This document shows positions 1-13,436 of a stretch of 51,381 nt of DNA, piece by piece. Position numbers and translations under genes: made by a program. Origin of the DNA: Psammoneis japonica (lineage: Eukaryota); assembly GCA_008632985.1 (NCBI GenBank), contig QPGO01000030.1, positions 619,135 to 670,515 on the forward strand, given 5' to 3'. The notes under the pieces were generated by a model, which was given only the letters and a program-made list of their open reading frames with translations, made no database searches and was not told the origin of the DNA. Position 1 is the first letter of the stretch. Each line of letters begins with the position of its first letter.

Positions 1-74
1 CCCCGTACTGGGTTCTATATGCCTAAAAAGCCAACAGTCCTCTGCAGTCTTTTGTTAATATTGTTAAAATTTCG

Positions 75-896
75 TCAAGATATATCTGAATGCGTGTTCA
101 GCCAAATAGCAGTATTTCGTCCTTCAAATGGCAAAGTCTCGACAACGATTCGGCTATTCTTCTTGGCTAGATATTGGCAGAATTGTTCGTGCGTTCTCAC
201 CGGTACTAGTTTCCCATTTTGTTCGATTCGTCGTTGAGAAAACAAATTTGGAAACACGCAACAGGGGACCACCACAAAAGGTTTATCGTGCTTCAGGGCC
301 GCGTCGACGATGGCTTCAGTAGCCCCATCAGCATGCATTCCAACCAGCAGCGAGGCGTCTTGTATCGCTTGCTTCAGTTCAACAGAATTCTCTACCGTGT
401 GTTCATCAAAGGTCATAACGAGTTGACGAAATCGTTCATTCACCACCTCTTGACAAAAATCGGAATTGTTGCGAGTCTGTCGTTCGAATCGATCTTGCCA
501 CTTATTTGGGAGTTTGGGCAAGACGAGAGTTTCAAAACAGCGCGCAACATCTGCTTCTCGTGGGTCCACCATGACGACACTTAGACGATGGCACAAGGAC
601 AATCGTGCCGCGAGCTCCCCCTTGCCACCCGCCACATCTAAAACATGCTTCGGAACAGTGCCGCTCTTGACCTCTGTCAAGTGAGGAAACGTCCTCAACA
701 ACCACTTGCAAAAGTGTTTGTGGCGATGTTGATTTCTCGCACCGTGCCTTTTCCGTTCCGGTCGTTTGTTCTGCTTTCTATCGGTTCGTGAGCCCTCTGA
801 AGGAGAAGCCGTATCCTTGATCTTTGGTTCTTTTGCGCCACATACTTCACTGCCAAAAGCTGAACTCATGAGACAATAGTAGAGTCCTATTTCCAA
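75..896 (-). CDS. Putative SAM-dependent methyltransferase-fold protein (5' end uncertain)
   Basis: 273-aa ORF with VLDVAGGKGEL (motif I-like), VDPR and GMHADGATEAIVDAAL...PFVVVPCCVFP motifs of Methyltransf_32-like proteins; normal TA/CG content. In-frame TAG at ~911, so the start is either the Met at ~869 or a micro-exon (ATG at 953 with a 45-nt GT-AG intron, 945-901). Confidence 0.7.
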   Translation of the reverse strand: MEIGLYYCLMSSAFGSEVCGAKEPKIKDTASPSEGSRTDRKQNKRPERKRHGARNQHRHKHFCKWLLRTFPHLTEVKSGTVPKHVLDVAGGKGELAARLSLCHRLSVVMVDPREADVARCFETLVLPKLPNKWQDRFERQTRNNSDFCQEVVNERFRQLVMTFDEHTVENSVELKQAIQDASLLVGMHADGATEAIVDAALKHDKPFVVVPCCVFPNLFSQRRIEQNGKLVPVRTHEQFCQYLAKKNSRIVVETLPFEGRNTAIWLNTHSDIS

Positions 897-1959
897 CTCC
901 CTGCTTGGCTACTTGACGTCCGGTGGTCGGTGGATGTTATTCTACCTTGGCATTCCGCACTCCAAAACCCCAAATTGCGGTACAATTCTACGTGTCTCTA
1001 GTAATGGACGACGGCAAGACGCAATTTCAAAGAGGAGCTAGCTGCCTGAAGGTGTACAAGGAGAAGACTGATGAAACAGATGATGACCATTGGACTGCTC
1101 TTGAAGGAGTGGACGAGTGTGACACCACGCTTGCATTGAAAAAGCAGGAAGAAGCTGGAGAGGAGCGCGATCCAAGCAGCCTTGAAGAACACATGGGCGG
1201 ACTGGCTCGGAAAGAAGACAATGCAGGGGGGTTGCGATGAGGGTTTGGGAATGGTGGCGTGTTCACCATGAGATGCATTTGTCCATGTCTGAAGCTGCAC
1301 ATCCAGCTGGTGGTCCTCGTGCAACTTTCCAGTGCTTCAGTCAAGCAAGTGAGTTTTTTCTAAGCTCAACAAGCACGTTGTTGAGACAGCCCAGTGCAAC
1401 ACGTTGCACGATGCCACTTTGTTGTGCATCATCTTTTTTCTCATTTGCACAAGGGATGTGATGTCAATCAAGACCATTGGCGGTGCTGCAAGAGAAGCCC
1501 AGAGTCAAGAGAGCTCTTTCTCAGCTCGAGTGGGCTCGCACGATGCAATTTTGTTGTGTTGTTTTTTCTCATTGGCAGAAGGGGCATGATGCAGTGGCAA
1601 CACACAGTGCAGCAGCAATGTGATTGACATGGTGCAGCAGCAATGTGATGTGCCGGCAATGCAATGCAGCAAAATGCAATCAGGAAACAATGAACGGTGT
1701 CATTGCTGTGCCACTGGTGATGAAGCACCACTGCACCAAACCTGGCACTGCACCACGTGCACTCTACGCAGTGCGCACTCTGCGCAATGCATTGCCCACT
1801 CAGCTCACAGAAATTCCTGTTTTGCACACTGCGCAATGAGCCTGTGCCTGTGTGCACCACATGTGCAGCATGTGCCATTTGTGCAATGGTGTGGCGATGC
1901 AAAAAAATGTTCATTGCACGTGGGTTGTTTGAAGCTTCACTGGACGGCTGTGTCTCTTT

Positions 1960-4150
1960 GTCTGTGTGACCATGGAGAGAGCAGTGATGAGGTGTTTGGA
2001 TGCTGGAATGATGAACATCATTGTGTTTGTCAGTCTTAGAGAGAAGGACATTCACAATGTTCTTGGGCTTCATTTGGATGTTCATCACACTGGCAAACAC
2101 TGGCAAACCAATGCTTGGTGTGTGACACCATGCGAGTGGTGTCGCAAAATGCCCCACTGGCACACCATCTTTGTTGCCCACAACCTCTCTCCAATCAAGA
2201 ACTTGACAACAGCACTTGCTGCAGTCAACAAATGGCTTGGTGCAATGAGCAGAGAGTGCACAACATTGCACATCATGTCATCATCAACAATGTGTTCCAT
2301 CTTGCACTTGTTGTCTTTCTTCTTCTTGTGGTTTGTCACCCAACTCTCTCAATGAAAGCTGATGAAGTTGAGGACATGCCCGAGCAGTGTTTTTGTTCAT
2401 TTGGTTGGGCAAATCCTGACAGGCCAGCAATTTTCCTCCAGATCTTCNNNNNNNNNNNNNNNNNNNNNNNNNNNNNNNNNNNNNNNNNNNNNNNNNNNNN
2501 NNNNNNNNNNNNNNNNNNNNNNNNNNNNNNNNNNNNNNNNNNNNNNNNNNNNNNNNNNNNNNNNNNNNNNNNNNNNNNNNNNNNNNNNNNNNNNNNNNNN
2601 NNNNNNNNNNNNNNNNNNNNNNNNNNNNNNNNNNNNNNNNNNNNNNNNNNNNNNNNNNNNACATTGATGTCAAAGTCAAGCAAATTTTGAAATGGTTTGA
2701 TGAGAGAAAATGAAAGCACATGGCTGGCTCTTGTTGTTGCTTGCATCTTCATGTTTCATCTCTGATTTGTGTTTTTCTGTTTTTTAAAACAGCTTTGCAG
2801 AGACACTTGAACAACGCATTGACTGGCATCAACAACGATGACAACTTAGAAAGTCTTCTGTGCCAGTCCATTTAGATGCTCACACCAAGCAAAGATGCAT
2901 GTTCACCTGCTTCTCAAGCTTTGCCATGGCTGCTTTCTGAGGATGAGGCAGCCTCAATGAGGGCAGCTGCAGAGAAAAAGAAAGCCAGCAGGGCTGTTGA
3001 CCTTTCTTGAAGCAGCTGACAGAAAGTGCTCATTTGAATGACTTGGAGTTGATGAGAATTGGTGGTTGTTGGGTGACTGGGTGAGACCAGCCTGTGTTTT
3101 CTTGCAAGTTGAGCCCATTGCCTTGAGGCAAGAGAAGAGTTCAGGGGGGAGGAAAAGCACAGGTGGGCAGGTCTGTTTCATGTGAATCCAATGAGAGAGA
3201 CATGTGTTGTCAACTTTCCTGTCTCTGGGATGGGTTTGTTGACAAGAGTGCTCCAAAACTCAGCCACAGGATGCATGTGACCCAGCTTTTGGGTTTTGTG
3301 CAATGACACAACAACTGTCCACAAGCTTGGGGGGGGCAGTTCAGAGGTTGGTTGTCAACAACTTTGACTGCAGAGACAATTGGGCTCATGTGGTTCTGCT
3401 TGTTCAGAGTTGCAACGAGAAAGGGATGTTGTCTTGGGAGGGAGCTTGACAGCAAAAAGATGAAGGGCACATCTGTCACACACATCAAACAAGCTCCTTG
3501 GCCACTTTGGACATGCAAGAGGGCCCCAAGAGAAGGTTCTCAGCCTCCTGCTGCATGTGACTGAGCAACACATTGCAGCCAAAGATTGTCATTGACAGAT
3601 GTTAATTTTCAACAACACAGCAGAAATCCAGGCTTGCACCCTCATGGGGTTGCTCTTGTCAGGCATGGAAACAAGGGGGCTGAGTTGTTTGTGCATGGCT
3701 CCCAGTTTGAAAGGGAGCATGCACACAAAAAGCACAAAATCCAATCATTTGTCATTGAAACCACAGGCTCAGAGCCTGTGTTAAAGCCACATCATGCAAA
3801 ACATCTGAGATTCTCAACAGAAAAGAAGCCCAGCATTGTGACATGCACAGATTGAGTCAAACAATTGAAAGACAAAAGCAACTGGCATTCAAACATTGAG
3901 AGTTGATGACCTCAAAAAAATGGTGAGTGGTGGAATGGCCGGGAGTCCCAACAATGACTGAGGAAATTTGAAACTCAGCATGTTTTGCATGTGCACAAGA
4001 AGTGATTTGTGTGAAGTCTTGTCATCTTCAAAAGTCATTGGACACTGTTTTGTGTGCAAAGACCACTTGCAAATTTGGTCATTTTGAAAAGGGTCAGCCC
4101 AAAATCCTGACTTTGTCTCATTGTCTGTCTCCAGTCTGGTCGGGGTCAGG
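1960..4150 (+). mobile_element. Degenerate Helitron-like element, 3' part (Pif1 helicase C-terminus), copy L
   Basis: Fragments translate to LLKLCHGCFL (Pif1 LKLYxG), VLCNDTTTVHKLGG, NNFDCRDNWAHVVL and RVATRKG (helicase motifs V/VI). Homologous in inverted orientation to 9365-9471 plus 19078-20550. Confidence 0.7.
2448..2660. other. Assembly gap (N run)
   Basis: Run of N bases. Confidence 1.
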
Positions 4151-5629
4151 GCAGGGGTGGGGGGTGGGGTGGGAGACACAGACAGATTTGCTCTCATTCT
4201 TTTCAGCATTACATTGGTTCCTTGCCACGCAGTTTTTGTGTGTCTGAACTCCTTGCAAAAAAATGTGAGCACATCAGATTGTCAAGCAGATGCAGCGCTG
4301 AATTGAGTGGGCATGTTGAAAATGTGTGGCTGAAGAAAATTTTGGCACTGCTTTGTGACAGATCATTTCTTGCCTTTGGGAGCCAAGAGTCTGTCTGCTT
4401 GGCACTGTGACAACCACATGACACCTGGAGGTTGTTTTCTTGTGCTTTCATGTTTGCTTTTGGTTTGAGTCACACATGTGTGGAGGGAACTTTGTTTGTT
4501 TTTTCAAAGCCATTGTTGAAGACAATGCTGGCATGCTGCTCCTTTTCCAGCCACAGAGCCTTTGTGCCAGTGTTGCAACAACACATGGCAGATGTTCAGC
4601 TGTTAGAAACAAGAGCAATTTTCCTGATTTGTGTTTGGGTCACATGGCTGCAGGGATGGCAGTGCTGCAAGAACTTGCATGCCCCCAGGCAGGAAACAAA
4701 CGCAAATCTGCTGTTGCTCATCAATTGCAAGGGTTTTCCAGCCATGGCATCCAAGTGCTTGCAGGTGCAACACCAGAGTGTCAAGGGCTGGACATCTGAG
4801 TGTTGAACATCCAGGCATTGGGAAATGCTCATGACACAACATGGGAAAATGAATCTGAGTCAAGTGATGCGGCACAGAGAGGTGTTGCTGCACCTTTTTG
4901 GATGAGGCTCATGGCTGACAAGGTTGGTCCATGGCTGCACAATGGGCTTGCAGAGCACAGGCCTTGCAATGATGCCTTTGGTCAACTGTCATCTGAGCAA
5001 AGCCAGCAACAACAGTGCTGAGCACACATGGGGCAGCATCTGCCAGAAGTTTGTGTTTGTGGTGGCTGTTGCCACCTGCATTGCACAGGTGTCTCCACAT
5101 TGATGGTGGTGAATTGTGCGCTCCTCCTTCAGTCAACACTGGATTGAGCCAGCACTGGCAGGGTGAGCTTTGCTCTTTTCTGGGTTCATCACAAGCAGCG
5201 CCTAACTCAGGAACAGATTGCAGAGTCATTGAGAAATGCAAACATTTTTTGCCCACCTCGCAGCAGCACCAAAATGTGGCCCAAGCTGCGCTGAATGGCA
5301 GACATGGAAAACAGTCAGTCTGCTGCATGCACCCTGTGCCACACAGCATTTCATCAATGTGGCACACATTGCTGTCCAAAAATGCTGCACCAGTCAAAAG
5401 GCATTTTAATTTGCAGGCCCCATTTTGCCTTGATGACTTCTTTGGCACATTTGGCAGATTTTGTGTGATTTGTGCAGGAGGAAGCAATGAGTTGGCATGG
5501 TCAAAGAACACTCAATGCTGGCCAACAGAGGCTCAACACAATGATGCATGGCAGTCACAAATGGAAAAATCAAAAGGTGTTTTGGCGACTTGGTTGTTGC
5601 CCCCATTTGCTTCAGTGCAAATGACTTTG

Positions 5630-6046
5630 GCAAAAATTGGAGTTTGGCACACAGCTGTGGCATCATGTTGCTGCTCACTTGTTGGCTCTGCTTGAGGTGG
5701 TGTAAAAAAAAAGTGGTGCATCATTGAAAAGCACTCATTTAGCAGGCATCCTCACATTGTCACCCTTGGTTGTTGCAAAATTCTTGGCACATTTCTGGAG
5801 TGGTGCCTTGTTCCATGAAAATGTGCTGGGAATTTGGCACACAGCTGTGGCATCATTTCAATGTGTTGCTGCAGCCAATTTGGCTGTGCTTGAGAGGTGA
5901 GAAAACAAAAGTGATGCTGTCAAAGAGCCCTTGTTCTGCAGATGACATTGTCACCCTTGATTGTCAGAAAATTCTCAGTGCTTCTGGGGTGATGCCTTGC
6001 TTGAGCCATGAAAATGCACTTGGAGCTCGGCATGCAGCTGCAGCAC
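5630..6046. repeat. Diverged tandem duplication, ~190-bp unit, ~2.2 copies
   Basis: TTTGGCACACAGCTGTGGCATCAT at ~5643 and ~5833, with a third partial copy at ~6021; CATTGTCACCCTTG at ~5755 and ~5946; CCATGAAAATG at ~5813 and ~6006. Confidence 0.8.
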
Positions 6047-9000
6047 AGCAAGGGAGGTGGTCCAGTGGAATGAAATGATCAAAACAACAGCCCACAGAAG
6101 CTTGACACCAACCTTCTCACACACCAGACCCCAAATCTTGTCACCCAGTTGCTCCACCTTGTTCTGGGCTTGGCATTGACTTTTCTTCGAAAAGCATGCA
6201 TTTTCCTTGTTTTGCTCATGTCTGACACATTCTTGCTTGTCAAATCTCACTGCTGAGCACACTCAGGATTTTTCAGACATGCTTTTAAAATTGCCCGAGG
6301 AGCTGTTGTCACCCCCACCCCTGCTGTGCAACATGCACAGGGGAAAAGTTTTTTGACATTTGATGATTGTTGCTGCAGGCATGCTTGCACTCATGGTGAA
6401 AATCTCTGGGACAGAGACTTTCACAGACATGATGCTCCCATCCACAAGCATTTTATCTTCTCTGTTGACAGCCCTTTGCCATCACAGCCATGGGTGACAA
6501 AGAGCAGCTTTTGATCAAAAAGGTGGTGGGGTTCGCACAAGCCACATGGCGTGCAAAATGTTTTCTGTCTTTTGTGTGCAAAGGAGCTCTTGACATTGCA
6601 ACATTGTGGTGCAATGTTTGAAAGGATTTTCTGTGCCCACATTGCATGCTGATGCAAAACATCATTCTCATGTTTTTTCCACCCTGCACACAACACTCAT
6701 CTGTGCAGCACAACTTGCACAGATTGTTGAAAACAAGGCATCAAGCATCAGCCAAAATTCAGTTGGACAGGCTGTGTTGTCAATGTGAGCACTTTTTGCT
6801 GGTTTTTGATTTTTGCATCATGCAACAGTTTACAAAGATTTGGTGCATCTGCAAAGATGTTGCTGTTCTTCACTGTGCTGTGAACAACAAAACATGTTTG
6901 CACAAGTGCACAATTGTTTGCCACTCATGCACACCAGCTTTGGCAATGACAAATGATGTCATTTGTGTGCACTTCAATGTTGCTGCCAATGGCAGGCAAC
7001 ATCAGCCAGCACATGATTTTTTGGTGTTGTTTGCATTTTCTGCCAGGAACCCTTGGCTGCACTTCACCCTGTTTCACCTTGTTTCTTCTCCCACTGCTCT
7101 TGGCTTTTGTTCTCATTGAAGTGCCTCTTTCCAACTGGGAAGACTTGTGTCTCTTGCTGTTTCTTGTTCCCTCTCTTGTGCCATGTTGTTGTGGCATCAT
7201 CCCTCATTGCAGAAACAGAGAAAACTGACATCAACTTGTGTGGTTTGTGCAAGAGGGTGAGTGATTTGCAGTTTTCAGCATTCTCACCTCCAAGTTTTTC
7301 CCTTGCCAACCACACCAAGCCATTTCCTGCTGCCATGCCCATGAACTTTTTCTCCTTTTGATGAAGTCAGAAAAGCTGACTGTGAGCTGTGTGCTGTTTT
7401 CTCAATTGCTTTTGCATTTTTTGTGTTTTGTCTTGCCTTGTTTGCATTGTCCCATGTCCCTCCATTTGTTTCACAAGACCGTTGTTCCTTCTCATTTTCT
7501 GTCTTGCTGAAATCAAATCTTCAGCTCATGTTGCTTCCTGGGAAAACCTTTGTTTTGTCTCTTGTCTGTCTGTGTCTTTGCAAAAGCAGGAGTTTTCACC
7601 TTCAAGGGCATTGTGAATTTGTCAATCTTTGTGTTGCTTTGAATTGAATGACTTTTTCTCAATTGACAAAGGGCTTTTGTTGTGAGCAACAGTTGTTTGC
7701 CATTCCACAACTTTCACGTGTGCTTGGTGCTCCACTCTTTCTCCCTTTCTCTTGCTCAACATTTTTGCATTACAAGGTGCAACAATTCATTTTTGATCTT
7801 GTTTGGCATTTCCCATTCTTGCAAAGAACACTCTGCATGTTTTTTTGAATTTGCCGTTCAATGTTGAAATGGCTGTTTCCCAATGTGCCCTTGTCTCATG
7901 CTGCCAGAACATGAAACTGTCACCACCAACTCATGCCCCACAGCAAAACAGCAAGTTTGTTGCTGCTCTTTGGCATTGCCATTGTTTTTGTGGTGTGCTT
8001 GATTGTGAACCTTGCCACCCACAACCAAGAAAACAGCACCCAACCACAGGGTGATGGTTGCACATGCCACCAGACTCTCAATGACTCCAGCGCCATTTTG
8101 AGTCTTTCCCAGCAGCTCATCAAACATCTGTGGCTCAGTTGATGATCCCCTCTGATCTGCTCATTAAAGCCTGTTGCCATTGTCTGCACTTGGCTGGCTT
8201 TTTGTGTCATTTTAGTTGTGCAGCATCAGAAAAAACTGCAGGACAAATTTGCTCAACTGAAGGATGGTGTGTGCAACAAATCCAACAAAAGGACGAGGCT
8301 GTTTGGAGCCAGGCAATCATGATGATCAAAATTCTCTCCAAGAGGAAGTTGAAAAGTTGAAAATGACAAGATCAAGAATGTGTTGACTCACCTTGGAGCT
8401 GTTGCCACAGATCAGATCTTGGCAGGCACTGCAGGAGCTGACTGTGCACATGATGGAAGGATGTGGTGCTGTTGCTCAAAGCCCACAGCATGTCTCATCG
8501 CATGTGCAAACATTTCAGAATGTGCACAGAAGGCAATGTCTGGGCTGTTTGCCAACCTCTCAAATTTGAAGCTCTCTTCTCCTTGGCACCAGTGCTTTGC
8601 AGGCAGTGCACCCAGTGCTGTGGAAATCTGAGTTGCAGTCAAGTTCATCATGTGTGCTGGCATGGTCCAAAAGGAAGTCATCATCAAATTCAGCATTTTT
8701 TCAGTGATGGCAGAAAGCCAGAGAGGACTGTGAGAATGACCATGGGCACCAAAGCTGCACCTCAAAGAAGAGCCTGGGTTCTCTTTGTTTTGGCTTTGTT
8801 GTTTTCTTTTTCAAAATCTGGGGGCTTTCCTCTTTGCTTTCATCAATTGCCAACACAAGGGCAAGCTGTGCAACTGCATCTTTTGCTTTTCCAGTCAAAT
8901 TCTCCCAGTCATTGCAAAACAGGAAAACAAACTGAAAGCACTGTGCTCCTTTGGCAGCACTCCTCCTGGAATGACATCTGGCAGGTTGCCAAGCACTGCT

Positions 9001-9367
9001 TGTGCAGAGCCCATCATTTCCAACAAAACCAAGTGCACAACGTTGCTCAAGATGACACAAAAGGAAATTGTTCGACATCAGCCAAGAACATTGGGGAAAA
9101 GAGGCATTTGGTGCAAACAAATGACATTTGTCAACTCTGACAATGACAAAGCCATGACATGTGAGTTGGTTTTCACCATTTCTTGCTTGCTCTTGGTGTG
9201 CACCTCATCAGATCTTTCACATTGCACACTTTTTGCACACACAACAACCACTGCAAAATGGCCCTGCATGTCTCTGGCCACAGCTTGGTTAAAATGAGAA
9301 ACAACACCAAACACCAGGAGGCAGCAAGAGTGATGTGGTGGTGTTGTGAACAAAATCAAAAAAACCA

Positions 9368-9388
9368 CTTGGCCCCAACTGGGCCAAG
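9368..9388 (-). other. Subterminal hairpin of Helitron copy R
   Basis: Perfect 8-bp stem CTTGGCCC-caact-GGGCCAAG located where homology between the two Helitron copies ends, followed on the minus strand by TGG and a T run. Confidence 0.6.
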
Positions 9389-9471
9389 GAGACAGATGGG
9401 CAGGCCCAAGATGAAGTCGGGGTTTGAGGCTGACCACTTTCAAAATGACCAAATTTGCAAGCAGTCTTTTT

Positions 9472-9619
9472 TGAACAATTTTGATTGCTTGTGCTTCAAG
9501 TTGAATGTGACCCTTGCAGGTGCCTGCCTCTGACTCATGTGTGTGCCAACTGTGATCTCTCCTTGGCTGCTCTCACAATTGTTCCAAGAGTGTCAAGCAT
9601 TGTCAAAGCAGATCTTGTG
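9472..9619 (+). repeat. Gypsy-1 5' LTR
   Basis: TGAACAATTTT...TGCTTCAAGTTGAA.GTGACCC...TTCCAAGA.TGTCAAG...GATCTTG shared with 18891-19077. Confidence 0.8.
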
Positions 9620-10029
9620 CTGCAATTGCAGTTGTTGTCACAGCTTGTTCTGCATTTTGCTTTGTGGCAATGACACCCACTTCAACAGGATGCAAACTGG
9701 TGAAAAAAGAAAAGAGGTTGATTTGAGCTTGGGTGGCAAATTGGGCTCAAGAATGAAAAGAACATTGCACTCATGCTCACAAAATTGGCGACACTGAGCA
9801 GTGCTTGTCTGCCCCCACCTGATTTGGAAAATTGCGCTGATGCTCTTGAGTTTGGTTTGGTTTGGTCATTGATTTTCTTGTTGTCTGGATTCAGTGGGGC
9901 TGCATCATTTGTGTTCTTGTTGTTGTCATCATTGATTGGTCAATCACCAAAAAATGTTTGAAGCACCATGTGTGAAGAGCTGCTCTGGAGACTGTGTGCA
10001 TTGAGTGCAAGACAACATTTGTTCATTCC

Positions 10030-13000
10030 TTGCTCAAAGATGTAAAATTGATGCTGGAGTTTGATGATGGGTCAAAACTGTCTTGTTCTTGTTCTGTTCA
10101 CACCAGAGGGCATGGGGTTGAGGCATTGTTGCACGTGGAAGATCACTTTTTGTAAAGCAGCTCACCAGTCGCAGTGTGCCGCTGGCCTTGAACTTTTTGA
10201 TTATTTTGAAGATTGTTTGCATGATGTTGCCGAAGAGTGCATGCATGCATGATTTGACAAAGCAGCACAATCATTTTGTTTGCAATTCATGAAACCTGCT
10301 GCTTGGGATGCAACAAAAGTGTGTCTTCCAACTTGCAACAAACCACATTCAGCAGAGGCTGTTGTGCACGCAGATTGCATGGACACTTCATTTTGTTGTG
10401 CCAGCCGTTTGCTCAGAGCTGCTCCTGTCTTGTTGCAGCAAGAAACAAAGAACACACTGTTCCACACCTTCCCATTGCAGCGGCAGCAGCTCTGCATCCA
10501 AGTGGGCAAGTCTCTCATTGCAGATGCTGTCAAAGACATTCAGACACATGTGGAAAACAAGAAAGCATTTGCTGATGGCAAAAATGATTGGAAAAGGAGT
10601 GGCAAGAGCAGCAACAGCAGAAACAGGAACAAAAGCAGGCAAAAATGCAGTGGCTCTGGTGGAGGCAGTCATGAAAGAGGCCAAAAGCCTGGCCCCAATG
10701 ATCCTTGTCCAGCTCCGTGGCATCAAGGTTCACACACCACCTGGAGACAAAGTCACAACAATCCAGCCAGCCCCAATTGTTGAGGTTTTCAAGGTCAAGG
10801 TGGAGACCGTGGAGGCCAAGGCAACAGCTGTGGAGGCCCTGGAGAAACTTTGGAGGCTGTGGCAATGGAGGCTGTGGCAATGCCAGAGAACACTGTGGTG
10901 GCCATGGAGGCAGTCAAAGCAGCTGCCACCACAACCACAATTGCATTGACAACCAAGGCAGCAATGACGGGAATCATCACCAAGGCAGTGGCCAGCACCA
11001 CTGGGCAAGTCAAGGGCAGAGTGCATCTGAGAGCAATGCCAGACATTCTGAGACCCAAGGATGGGGTCCAAATGCTGCTCAAGCAGACAACATGAATGCT
11101 CAGGCTCAAAAAGCTCCTTGTGGTGAAGCACGCCATTTTGATCCAATTAGACAAGGCCCTCCAAATTGTGGAGGAGTGGGGAGGTGCTTGCCTGATGGAC
11201 AATGGTGCTGTCCTCAGCACAGTTGATTTCAAGAAGCCAGCAGCTTCAGAGCTGAATGTTCCCAGTCACCTGCATGTGTTGAAAGCAAAGAAAATTGTTT
11301 GGTTCTGAAGAATCTGTGAGCCATGAACATTCTTGTGATGAAAATTTGTTTGTTGGTTGTGTTGCCAAGAACCCATTGCATGATGAACTTGAAGATGCTG
11401 CAGTCAATTGCATGAGCAACAAGGAGAATGTGTTTGACCAAGACACACTTGATTTCAATGCTCCTCTTGGCAAGATGGGATCTCAAGTTTCTGACAGTGC
11501 CACAGTGCCAACAGTGCTCATGGTTGCTTGTGCCATCCAACAACATGAGGCACTCAAGTGCTCATTTGATTCAGGCAGTTTGCGTGCACTTGTCCATTCC
11601 AAGGTTTTGCCACCAGGAGCTGATCCATCAGATGCCAGCAGGAGCATTTCAATCCAGAAGATGGGTTGCCCTCAGCAACCCAGCCTTTTCAGAATTCAAC
11701 AAAACAAGATGAGTCAATGGAATTTCAGCTCATGTGTTTGATGCAACATGTGCCATGTCCCTGTGATGTCATTCTGGGGTGTGATTTTCTCTAGAAGACC
11801 AGTCTGAAACTCAACTGCAAGGCTGAAGCTCTTTGATGGCTGGGCTGCATGATGCCAATGAAGGGCACACTCAGCATTGGTGGAAGGCCTGCAATTTGTG
11901 CATGGCACTGGACCAGCTCAACAAGTTTGACAGAGAATGCAAAGATGAAGAAGACTGTCACCATGATGCCTGCAACAGCTGTGTTCTTGATGTCAAAGTG
12001 TGAAGCCACTAATGCCACAGAGGCAGTGGGCAGTGTTGATCATCTGACCAATGAAGAAAAGAAAAAGCTCAAAGCAGCATCAGTTGTGATGGCATGTTTG
12101 ATGGCAAACTTGGCCATTGTCCTCATGAAAATGTGCACTTGGATGCCAAAGAAAATGCCCTGCCTTGTCACTCAAAACCTTGTGCTGCTCCACAAGTTTG
12201 TCAGGAAGCATGCAAAAGGGAGCCAACCAAAGCATCTGGTGGATGTTGGAGTGCTGCAACCATGTGGGCCAACCAAGTGGTGGGTGACAGGTGCCTTTGT
12301 TGTTCCCAAGAAAGACCGCCAAGTGAGATGGGTGCTGGACTTCCACAAACTCAATGAGGTCCTCAAGAGGAAGATTTGTCCATCCCAAGCAATCCAAGAT
12401 GTTCCACAGTGCCAGGCTGGTCACAACAAGCATTTCACAAAACTTGACATTACCACGTTCTGCTGTGCTTTAGAATTGGACAGTGAGAGCAAAGATTTTG
12501 CTGCAATTGTTGCACCACACAGAAAATTTCAATGATGTTGGATGACTGTGGGACTCAAGCCAGCTCCAGATGTTGCTCAAGCTGCCGCTGAAAAGATTGT
12601 GCATGGCTTCAATGTTGAATCTTACATTGACAATGTTGGTGCATTTCTTGATGTTAATTTTGATGCTCACTCAACTCATTTGGGTGAAGTTCTCTGTTGC
12701 CTGCAGGAGAACAAACTCAAAGTTAACCTGCTCAAATGTGAGTGGAGTGTGCAAGAGACCAATTTCCTGGGGCATTGGCTGACACACCAGATGGAATCAA
12801 GCCATGGAAGAACAAGATTGAGGCTGTTCTGCAATTGCAGCTGCCCAAGATGATGAGTTGACTCCACTCCTTTCTTGGCACAGTGGCCCATTTTGCAACA
12901 TGTGGCCTTGCCATTTTCATGCTCTTGTTGTGCCTTTGGCAACCAACCCAACTGGCAAAGGTGCTTTTGAGTGGACAGATGATTGTCATCGTGCACTCCA

Positions 13001-13436
13001 GGAAATGAAGGTCATTGTGGCCAGCAAAGCACTGGTGGCACATGCTGACCACAACCAAACCTCTCATGTCTGGGCTGATTCTTCCAACTGTCAAATGGGT
13101 GTGGCTGAAATCCAAGATGGCAAGCCAGAGGCCAGAGGTGTGTTGGTCCAAAATGCCATCTAAAGCTCAGCATGACTGTTCAACAATTGAAAAAGAATTG
13201 CTTGCTGTGGCCACGTGTTTCAAAGAGTTTTTTGCACAATTTCACCTGGCATGGACACTTGACTGTTTTCATGGATCAAAAAAATCTCACCTTTCAAACT
13301 CTTGATTCTCAATGCATTCTCATGTGGTGTCTTTGCCTTGATGTTTTTGCTCCTTGGTTTGAGCATGTGGAAGCACAGAATGATGCACTGGCCAATTGCT
13401 TTTCTCATCTGCCACAGATGGATCTGCCTTTGGAAG
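10030..13436 (+). pseudogene. Gypsy-1 gag, protease, RT and RNase H (frameshifted)
   Basis: Gag knuckle DPCPAPWHQGSHTTW...NP; protease FDSGS (~11565); RT AFVVPKKD.QVRWVLDFHKLN and SYIDN (YxDD, 12623); RNase H WADSSNCQMG, CSTIEKELLAV, DQKNLTF and ALANCFSHLP. Confidence 0.9.

Noticed and set aside
2040..2090. CAC/TGC and CAT/TGT swaps between Helitron copies as proof of TA mutation
   Set aside because: A CA/TG swap can derive from CG as well as TA; only sites with a motif-fixed Tyr or an expected TA were used as evidence.
4058..9469. Apparent 5.4-kb DNA transposon with ~60-bp TIRs (4058-4118 and 9408-9469)
   Set aside because: The inverted match continues beyond 19078 once Gypsy-1 is removed; it is part of the two inverted Helitron copies.
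9472..9619. Apparent local inversion relative to the Helitron homology
   Set aside because: Explained as the 5' LTR of Gypsy-1: direct repeat of 18891-19077 with PPT and matching flanks.
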